Shown: in pieces, positions 26,970 through 36,949 of the stretch
Numbering within the stretch: position 1 is the stretch's first letter
How the letters are laid out: each line of letters begins with the position of its first letter
Assembly: GCF_000150275.1 (NCBI RefSeq)
Contig: NW_002060944.1
Location: 5,741,102-5,805,101, forward strand
Length of the DNA: 64,000 nt
From: Trichoplax adhaerens
Taxonomy: Eukaryota > Animalia > Placozoa
Reading direction: 5' to 3'
Translations under genes and position numbers: made by a program
Notes under the pieces: model-generated
What the model was told of the DNA's origin: nothing
The model's database searches: none
The model's input: the letters and a program-made list of their open reading frames with translations, nothing else

Positions 26970-28403
26970 TTATAAATTTTGACAGATTGGAATAATTTTA
27001 GGATTATGTGGATGCTTCTTCATATACAAATCAACTATCCACTGCTGGAAATTACCACCACCAATAGTAATTAAGATGTCAGCATGACTTAATATTTGCA
27101 TTTCGACAATAGCCGTCGCTCCATTATCTCTTAATATAGCATGGTCATTTTTATCCACGAGACTAGCGTTGAAAACATGGGGCTGACTCAATTCAGCTAT
27201 AGCCATATGGTATAATTCTTTCTTCTTTTCCAATTTTCTTTCCTGTTCATAATATTTATTATAAATAGTATCTGAACCAGAATCAGCAAGATCAGTGGAT
27301 AAAAAGGAACGATCAATGTTATGTTGTTGACGTAGGTAAAATAAATTACGATTTAATACTTGCATACAACTTCGTAGATATCGTATTCCAGCTTGAGAAG
27401 TTTTACCAATTAATAAGCGTTCAATTCTTCCATGAACAGCAATATATCTTGGAGAGAGATAACGTTTGATATATGTCTTAGCAATACTGATCAATTTTTT
27501 ATTATGTGGGAATAGCGATGGTTTAATGCGTTGATTGCGTGTCAAATTAAACAAAGCACGATTAGTACCAATCCCTTTCCACTGTACAAAACCAATACAC
27601 TTTGTATCTTTTAGAACTTGTCTTTTAAATTTTTCAACTGATTGAAATTTAGTTGGATCAACACAGATATAACGTTTAATATTAAAATCTCCTAGTTGTT
27701 GAGCAATATTAGCATTGGCAATAAATGGACAGAATGTCCAACCCTTTTTCGTTTTAGCTAGCCGATCTTTAACCTGTTGGAAAATTCTGTTATTAATTTT
27801 GTACCATTTCTTAGCATCTTTAGTATTGCCTTGAAAGATGAAATGGATTAAGACATCTAACGTTTTATTGCATCGACTAGTTAAGTAATCATAGGATACC
27901 AAGGGTGAATAACGATGTTGTTGCAAGACTTGGTTAACACCTTTAAGATCGAAATAAAGTGACATATTAAAATAGCGAATATCATGCAATTTTCGATTGC
28001 GACCGATTCCTTGTGGTACACCAGACATTCGTGAATGGTGGACATAAGGAATGACTGCACTACCGTCGAGTAAAGTAGCCAAGCTAGCTAAAGATATAAA
28101 GTTAGTTGTTGCCATTGCAAGTTGTTCAAAATAACGATAACTAAAAATAAGACGAACGCAATCTTGTGAATGTGGAGCAATGTGGTGTTGCTGTTGTTGT
28201 TGCTTTGGTGTTGTTGATTGGATAACATGTTGCAATTGGCAAGATAACATTTTATTCACGTTGTCGTTGTCGCATTCTAGACCTGTTGGCTCGATGTCAA
28301 CGAAAATGGAGGAATTTAAATAGATGAAAACGACCCAAAGTGCTGTAGCTATTGTTGCGATGAATAATAGCAATGTAGCTACTTTCTTCATTCTAGTAGC
28401 CAT
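26970..28403 (-). CDS. Type II membrane glycosyltransferase of the O-fucosyltransferase (POFUT/O-FucT, GT-B) clan, 477 aa, intronless CDS
   Basis: N-terminal TM anchor and Gln/His stem. Motifs YIAVHGRIE (HxR), FLSTD and AIVEMQILSHADILITIGGGNFQQWI fit the GDP-fucose-binding motifs of the family. Confidence 0.75.
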   Translation of the reverse strand: MATRMKKVATLLLFIATIATALWVVFIYLNSSIFVDIEPTGLECDNDNVNKMLSCQLQHVIQSTTPKQQQQQHHIAPHSQDCVRLIFSYRYFEQLAMATTNFISLASLATLLDGSAVIPYVHHSRMSGVPQGIGRNRKLHDIRYFNMSLYFDLKGVNQVLQQHRYSPLVSYDYLTSRCNKTLDVLIHFIFQGNTKDAKKWYKINNRIFQQVKDRLAKTKKGWTFCPFIANANIAQQLGDFNIKRYICVDPTKFQSVEKFKRQVLKDTKCIGFVQWKGIGTNRALFNLTRNQRIKPSLFPHNKKLISIAKTYIKRYLSPRYIAVHGRIERLLIGKTSQAGIRYLRSCMQVLNRNLFYLRQQHNIDRSFLSTDLADSGSDTIYNKYYEQERKLEKKKELYHMAIAELSQPHVFNASLVDKNDHAILRDNGATAIVEMQILSHADILITIGGGNFQQWIVDLYMKKHPHNPKIIPICQNL

Positions 28404-30059
28404 CGTCTAAAAGTAGGAATGATTGCAACATCAATGTTAGAGTCAACTGCTAGGACCAACAGATAACTGTTAATTTATTATCACTTGGCTCATATGCTGT
28501 AAGTATAGGACGATAGCGTGGAGTAACAAAGTAAATTGTTTTCACACAGTTAAAACAACAATACCAATTTAATTTGACATCAAAATGAAATGACGTTTGT
28601 GTAGAGTTTTGTTTGAAAAATTTTTTTTCTTCCACTTTTCTTACTTGGCTGGAAAATCGATGATGAAGGTATCGTCAATTTGTTGTCGTGGTCGAAAATG
28701 GATCAATAAGCGTGAAAAGAATGATGAAGAAGGGGATGAGCGTTTTAATGAACTTGATCGATGGATCGCAAGTAGAAAATAACGTTTCATTATCCAAACA
28801 TGCAAAGCCAGTATATCTTAATTTCTATCGTTTAAATGAATAATAGGTAGAGATAAGGCAGTTGTTGAATAGTTGTATTATTTCACTAGCATTAAACTGT
28901 AAATTATTAATTACCCTTTAAATGAGAATCATTAGGAACTAATTGACGTGGGTCATGATGGTCAACTAGAATAATCTTTTAATATCGATCAAGTTGTATT
29001 ATTTTCAAATGGACATTCCGTACCAAATACAAGGTAGAACTGACATAATAGACATTTCTCGATGACTGACTAGCAATGCTAGACAGTTTAAACTTCAATC
29101 ACTTTTAAAGGGGTGGCAGTCCTCCGATCATCCAAGGTTGATTTCAACATTCACTCTCTCTCCAATGGGTTTGTGTTTGAAGCTCAACGCTCTTCTACCA
29201 AGTATAGCGTATTCCTAGCACGGCTCTTCATGGAGTAAATGGCATATCGGTCTAGGATTGAGCTATTGTAAATTAAAATCAGCTATTATTGTCTTCATCT
29301 TTATTCATTTTTATTTTATTTGTTTTGTTTACATTTTTTTCTCTCCCTCCCTTCTCTCCCTCGTCTATGGTCCAGTAGAGACCGTAATAAGAGAGAAAGG
29401 GTCCTCGGTCCAGCTCTCACCGCTTTCTTTTGTTTACAAGGTTGACACGATTGCATATTTCCTTATGGTACTATAGAGAAGGGACTGACGCACAGCGGGG
29501 CTTCATCCGAGTACAGTCGTGCCGACGCTATTGTCCTCTTCTATTGTCTTCATTGCCTATAAAGAAAGTAAGGATGGACTTGACGACGGATACTATGCTG
29601 AGGAATGTATCGTGTCACGCTATTGTGGAGGTCAATGGCACTAGTAACACCTAACCCATACAGCCATTGAATGCGATCCACTTGTATTATACCATAAGTT
29701 GCAACTGCAAGTTCAGGATAATACTGGAGGAGTGTGCTGTAATGTACGTTTGGGGGGATGTGTTAACGGTATCCACCTGACCAGTGAGACCACCCACCCT
29801 TCCACTTCCATCGCTGTCAAGAATTTTTTTTTTTATTTTCTTCTTTCTTTACTTTCAACTCCACAATTATTCGATCTAGACAATAAAATCAATCAATCTA
29901 CCCACTACATCAATTGTCCTCCAATTTTTGTTAGGATTATAGCTTGGTTCGTATTCTACACAATCGTTGTGAACTTTTTACCAACAATACTATTGGACTT
30001 GCAACACCGATCCATCATTCTACAATTGGAAGGCAATATCCAACCTTTGCCAAGTGACA

Positions 30060-30395
30060 GGTGTACACTGTATAGTACAGTACTGTTTTTCCCACCATCG
30101 ATACCAGTCGACTACAGTACTGTACAATAACTGGACATCATGAATACAGTATTGACAATGCTGTTGGCTCATGTTAGTTTTTAGTCATGAAATATTGTAT
30201 TGACAATGTTGTTGGCTCATGTTTGTTTTTAGTCCTGAAATACTTTACATTCTTGAGTTGGAGCCAAAAGAGAGGTATTGTATGTACTGTACTGTACAGT
30301 ATGCGCATACTTTTCAGTTATTACAAATTTACAATGGACAAAGACATGATGTCATGGGTACTGTACTACACTGTACGCTTGTACAGTACAGTACG
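30060..30395. repeat. TACWGTA cluster ~1.7 kb upstream of the glycosyltransferase CDS
   Basis: gtacactgtatagtacagtactg, ctacagtactgtac, gtactgtactgtacagta and gtacagtacagtac. Confidence 0.6.
30138..30243. repeat. 47-48 bp tandem repeat (2 copies plus a partial third)
   Basis: tcatgaa...gtattgacaatgYtgttggctcatgtt...gtttttag at 30138 and 30185, with a partial copy at 30233. Confidence 0.85.
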
Positions 30396-32226
30396 CATGC
30401 ATACCTTTCTAAACCTTGGTTAACCTTTGATACAGTGTCATAATAAATAAATGGAAAATGGATGCCTAATTTTGTATAATAAGGATGTGAAATATCAAAT
30501 GACTTTCCCAACACCCTCAACACAGTACAGTACAGTAAAAATCGATCATTTCACATACAGTATGCTTACTGTACTCTACGCTATGAATATTTTCACCGGC
30601 GCAGTTGGCGGGTTCAAAACTCGTAATAATAATAGAGACAAGTCTAACGTGAACTTCAATTCAATTTTCAAGTTTAAATTGAAATTTGATTTTTTATATA
30701 CCCCAGCACACGTGAACATTTGGAACATGTGAACTATGCATTAGACAAAATGTAGAATGTACGTAGATAAGCCGTACAGTACTGTATAATGCAAGCCACC
30801 AAGCTACAGACTGTTCAGTATACACAGTACCACAGTACAATCACAGCCAAACGGAGAGTGGATAGTCAGATTACTCAGATAGATATTTTGAGGTGCAGTA
30901 ATAGATTTACACGCTAAGTGCCGAAAGTCCGGCCGGATTGACACTGGCTAGTACCGTATAAAGTAGTTATGAAACTTACTATAATACTGTACATTACACT
31001 ACTGTACTCCTCCGAAGTATGGAAGAAAATACGTACAGTACATTGTTATCCTCGTTTTTCATTTCTTGAAGTTAATTAATTAATAATCGATCGTTTCTCG
31101 TTGATAGTACTAAATTGTCAAGAAAAATGAAGAACTCATCTGAGCATATGAAAATAGATAGTCAACTGACACCTTTGTTGATGACTACAAAGCTCATTTC
31201 ATATTACAGTACTATTATGAGATAGTTCAATTTCTCCACTGAACATATTACATACTGTACTGTACAAGTCTACATATTCTCATTCGTTCTCATAGATCAG
31301 GCCGCAATTCACTGGGATACTCCTGCTATACAGTCACGACTTTGACGTGAAAGAGCAGAAACCCCTTTTACACTGGAATAGCTGGAAACTCTACTTCATA
31401 CAGTGACGATTTTTATGCCAAAAGACCTCATTTTACACACGAATTCGAGCATTAAGTATCAGTACAGTAACAGGCTAAATTTAACGTAATGAAAGAAGAA
31501 CACAAAAAGTTCTGCAAAAAAGTACAGTACTACGTTTTAGGACGAATATACTGTACTGTACACTGCACACTGCACAGTATTGTCTGATAGTTATTGTACG
31601 GCGGATATACTCTATACTAAAGCTGACAGCCTAATCTGATTATTGTTCCTCAATGAGACCAATTAAGCTCATCATATCTGAGATTTCCTGTAAAACTTGA
31701 TAGGATATTATTAATGATCTATAGTTTGTAAGATCACGCTGGCTATTAAGTTAAAGGCAGTTAGCATGCACGATTATGGACTCAGAGGATAAAACACTTT
31801 ATCATTACATCATACCATTACATTATATAAGCGCTTGTTTGGACTGTATGGCATGTAGTATATTTACATTTACAAGAACGTCTAAAACAAACTTAATGCA
31901 TTATAAAATTGCAGCAAGTTAGAAGCAAAAAGTCCCTTAAACCGAATGTAGACTATATCCAATATTAATTATACATTACATCAGGTATAAAGTCATGCTA
32001 ACGAGAGAATCGCAAATGTATAAATTTCTCTGTATTTACGGTACTTTAAAGTTCCAACAGACATTTCAGTTGTACTTTTCGTTCTGTTGATAACATAATT
32101 ACAATTGCTCCACTATGTAAAAATAATTATACAGTGCTATCCAAAGCAAGCTTGTTACAGGCGTAAAATCGTATACAACAAGTTTTCAATATTAGTTGAT
32201 CTACGGTACAGGAATTTCATATCATT

Positions 32227-34958
32227 TCAGAATTGCCATCCGCAGTCTTCATCGATGCTATCTCGTCTCTCTGATACTATGCCTATATCTGCTGAAAAAT
32301 TTTATCACGGATGTGTGAGCAAAATTTATAAATATGCCCTATTATTACAAAGTTGAACACGGGTATAATTATAAAATATTTTCATCTACAGTATTTAGTA
32401 AATTTATTAACAAAATAGAGGATCTACTGTACTGTATGGTCTTATCAGTTAGTAATCACCTTCAGACACTTTAAATTCACTAATGGGCTTGGCTAAGTGT
32501 AGAAATTCCTGTAGGATATCTTCATTAGTTATTTTAATCTATAAATCAATAACAAATAATGTCAGTTGCATCCCAAATAGCAAAAGTCCATTGTAGTACG
32601 AAGATTGTGTACTGCAGTATTGGCTACTGTAGGCAATACAATCGTATATAGCAGCTACTTCGTCATTACCCGCTTAAAGAATGGATGTGTTGCTAGCTGG
32701 ACTGCCGACCATCTATGATATCCGAAATTTAAAAAAATTATTATAGTTATTCGATAGAGCGATAGTAAAGAAATATTACAAAATATTTTATGACACAAAC
32801 TAACCTATCTGAGTCTGACTTGAAGCAGCTATCAAGGAGCTAATTTTTAGGAATTATGCATTTAATTTAAAAATGGATTTGGTCTACTTCAAATGAATGA
32901 GTTATCCCATTCTTAAATCTATTAATACGATTACAAGAGGCGATATATTCATACCTGATAGAAAGAGTTCGAAAATACTACATCCGTTGTGTTCTGAATA
33001 AAACTGTGAATTCTAGCGTGGGAAATACCATTTAATTTTTCTAATAAAATCTTAGATAGTAATAAGATACTTGAGTAACATTTTATTTATTATTTAATAT
33101 AAAAATTGACACTTAATGTATTTGTCTAATTGTATCTACCTGAGTTACTGGCATATCATCAAAGGGAATCCTACCATAGGCCAGTTCTACAGCAGTCATA
33201 CCAAGACTATAAATATCAACTTTACAATTGTAGCCATGTATATCCTACAAGCAAGAAATAAGCAAGATTCATCAAACTGATCAAGAATCTCCTTCCATAT
33301 CCACAAGTCATTCTTCGCCTTTTAGTATCATAACAGTAATCAACTTATTACAATAAATATCGACAAAAATCAAAGCATAGTAGAATCGTACATACTTGAG
33401 CAAGAAGTTCAGGAGCAGCCCATACAACGCTATCAGCTGCTCTTTCAATGAATTCATGAGCAACCCAGTCTTGTTTAAAGGTGGACTTCTTAGTAGCTTT
33501 ATCCATTCCGCTTAAACATACGTTTCCATTAGCTGAGATTAAAATATTCTTACCTTTGATATCCCTTTGTAAAATATATGAGCAGATAATAGCCTTTAAT
33601 TTTCAGTAGTGAGCAACAGTAATCAACTTGTATTAAGTAGAGAAGCATAATGAAGTATGAAGCTTTCCTTATTAACCACGATATTATTAAGTACCTATGT
33701 GCATAACCGAGTTCGTGTAAATAGATTAGCGCGTTCAATACTGAGCGCAAGACATGCATCAGTAATAATTCCTTTTGATTGGGTAGAATATCCATTGCAA
33801 ATAGATTTACAGACGATCCTATAACAAACAAGATAAATATCTCATTACCAGATCTACAAGTATTGATGGATGGACCATTCTTGTAAAACAATTTTTGAAA
33901 TAGTATTTCCGACAAAAATAAATTTAGCAGTCTTACCATATGAATAGTAAGGCATTGATAACCAAGTTTCGTTCCCAACGGTAGCAGCATCGTAATAGCA
34001 AATAATATTAGGATGTTTAAACGATCTGACAGCAGCAATTTCATTCTAATGCCATAAACAATTCAATATTTTGTAATTTAGGTTGGGTACGAGTAGATTA
34101 CGTTGTGATAATAGTCATGGTTAGGTGAAAGATAAGATAGTGGATGATGACTATTCACTGCACAAATGTTTATTAGAATTTGAACCGCTAAAGTGAGGTA
34201 TAGCTATCCTTATACCCGTAAAATTTCAAGGTCCTTAATGCATTTATTTTCCAAATTGATTCTCTTGATGGCTATCATATTGCCAGATTTGGAATCTTCA
34301 GCAGTCCAAACTGTCGTAGAATTATTGGAATTATCCTTGCCATCTTGAGAATAAGAGTAGTACGTACATCAATAGCTAGCACTAAATTACCGAAGTGTAA
34401 AAAATAACTATCTAATTAAGAATTGTTCTCATATATTAATCACATTATGCTTCGTTGTAATTTTCAGCATGTTTATAACTCATAGTATAACAGTAACCTG
34501 CGATCCAAAGTCAAGATGACTAGTAATTTAAAATTAACGACCATAATCTCTATTGAATGTGAATAATACTAACTTTACTGTTACAATTGGTGAATAACAG
34601 AGTTAACTCAAGTGACTGTTAACCACTACTGTTAACAGTCTATTATCAGTAAGCAATCACATTAGAATCAATTCTATATTGGCTTTCTCGTCCAACATAA
34701 GTCGTAGTATTTAAATAAATATACCGCATTAAAAGTCAGGATGCTATGATACGTTATAAGATCCATTTCTTAAAGAATATACAAGGTATTACTAGTGGTA
34801 TAAGTTGGTCTAGTTGTGTACAGTATGTGTAGCCTACTGTGGACAATTCGTGATATCCGATGAATTAGACCACAATATTATTCATGAGCGTTTACGCCTG
34901 TACAGAAGGATTACTTACCAATTCTTTCTAAGAATTTGTATCTCTTAGCATCAGTCAT
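32227..34958 (-). CDS. STRAD: STE20-related kinase adaptor (STRAD), ~10 exons
   Basis: IAIKRINLE, FKHPNII, LIYLHELGYAHR|DIKGKNILISANGNVCLSGMD, VAHEF...WAAPELLAQ|DIHGYNCKVDIYSLGMTAVELAYGRIPFDDMPVTQ|ILLEKLNG and HPFFKR|IK. The C-terminal WQF* corresponds to the MO25-binding WEF motif. The start codon is tentative. Confidence 0.9.
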
Positions 34959-35477
34959 GATGATATAAGTACACGCCACTCTTCTGTGATGATGGTCTTG
35001 TTAATGTTGTATACGTATATATAGTAAAGGTTTAGGCAAACTATTTGTCGAATTCCTTGTCGTTTACAGGTCAGTACATTCGATATACTAAAGCAAATTA
35101 TATTATCAACACAGTTATTCAGCTTAGTGTACTGTACAAGAGTACATCTGTTACTTACTAAAATTTATCTAGAACTAATCAAAGCGTTGAAAAGTGAACT
35201 GGACAAGCTCTATTCAATACTATTTCGCACATAACTATATCAGTGTCGAATCGAGAGTAGAATTGAACACTAGAAATCGGCATAAAAGGATCGTTAACGA
35301 GCTTCTTATGGATTGCTTGTAACTACTAGGATCTCCTGCAAACTACTCATAGGTTTCGTACCGAGCTTGTAATGTAGTGTGTGTTGTTGGTTGTTGTAGC
35401 CAAACTACAGCCCTGTTCTAGTTTCAACATAAACGTTGTTGGGATTACGGCTGCGCAGACTACTGGAATCAGTACTG

Positions 35478-36425
35478 CACAAATTCTGTGTCCAGTTTTA
35501 GTCTTGTCGCCATGGACTAGGCAACCCCGGTGTCACGGAGTCGCGGGTATACTACTGTGAACTACTATTACTACCACCAGAAGGTCATCCGTCCGTACAG
35601 TCGTCACACAAATTCTGTGTCCAATTTTAGTGTTGTTGCCATAGACTAGGCAACTACCTGTGCCACACACTCACGAGTACACTACTGGGGTCTACTATTA
35701 CAGACCACCCGAAGGTTGTCCGGACGTACAGTCGTCGCACAAATTTTGTGTCCAGTTTTAGTGTTGTTGCCATAGACTAGGCAACTCCCGGTGTCACGGA
35801 GTCGCGAGTATACTACTGTGAACTACTATTACTACCACCAGAAGGTCATCCGTCCGTACAGTCGTCACACAAATACTGTGTCCAATTTTAGTGTTGTTGC
35901 CATAGACTAGGCAACTCCCGGTGTCACGGAGTCGCGAGTATACTACTGTACGTGAACTACTATTACTACAACCAGAAGGTCATCCGTCCGTACAGTCGTC
36001 ACACAAATTCTGTGTTCAATTTTAGTGTTGTTGCCATAGACTAGGCAACCTACCGGTGCCACGCACTCACGAGTACACACTACTGGGGTCTACAATACTA
36101 TTCTTACAGACCACCAGAAGGTCATCCGTCCGTACAGTCGTCACACAAATTCTGTGTCCGATTTTAGTGTTGTGGCCATAGACTAGGCAACTACCGGTGT
36201 CAAGAACTCACAAGTAGTGTACACTACTGTACTGTTAACGACCGTTAATAATACGGACCACTAGAAGGTCATCCGTCTGTACAGTCGTCGCACAAATTCT
36301 GTGTCCAGTTGTAGTGTTATTGTTACCATGGGCTAGGCAACTACCGGTGCCATGAGTCACGAGGACACTACTCTTAACTATTTTGACGGACTACCAGAAG
36401 GACGCCCGTAGTCCAGCTGTCGTCA
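35478..36425. repeat. Tandem array of 7 units (129-147 bp) between the divergent STRAD and PH-RCC1 genes
   Basis: Units start at cacaaatt(c)tgtg near 35478, 35607, 35738, 35868, 36002, 36144 and 36291. Conserved core: ccagaaggtcatccgtccgtacagtcgtcacacaaattctgtgtccaattttagtgttgttgccatagactaggcaac. Confidence 0.95.
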
Positions 36426-36761
36426 TAGGGATTAGCGATTGCGCCATTTGAAGTCTTTTACTCGGACTAATTTCTAAATACATTTCTTTATCCTATTAAA
36501 TCAATAAATTAAATATAGTTGATTAATTTGCTACTGTACTTGAAAAGTTCTAACAGCTACAGGCGTGAATATGAACTATCCTTAAAACAACAAAACGTGT
36601 TTGCCAGAAGGAAAGACGGATGATCTGCCTCTGGACAGGCCAATCGAAGGTGGAGGGATTCGTTAAAGTCAATCACACAAGTGGTCTTATGCTAAGTTAT
36701 GCATAGTAACTACTGTTAGTAGAGTGGACTTAAATTAATGTAGGAGTTAGCGACCTAAACT

Positions 36762-36777
36762 CTGACGTCAGGAAATC
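36762..36777 (+). promoter_or_regulatory. CRE palindrome overlapping an ETS-like core, ~180 bp upstream of the PH-RCC1 ATG
   Basis: cTGACGTCAggaaat; motif match only. Confidence 0.3.
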
Positions 36778-36949
36778 AACATTTTTTAGCCCTGTCAGGG
36801 GTCTCTATTTTACGGCTCTACCTAACAACGATAGCTCATGCTAGCGTATTGAATCTATTCCTAGCAGTCTAGACTAAATAAGGGAATCGATATTGATAAT
36901 ACTGTATAAACAGTATTAATGCCCTGCCTTGCCGTTTAATGATTCCAAA

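Noticed and set aside
35478-36425. CRISPR-like repeat/spacer appearance of the tandem array
   Set aside because: The variable segments are homologous to one another and recur, the constant part is ~80 bp, there are no cas genes, and the context is eukaryotic.
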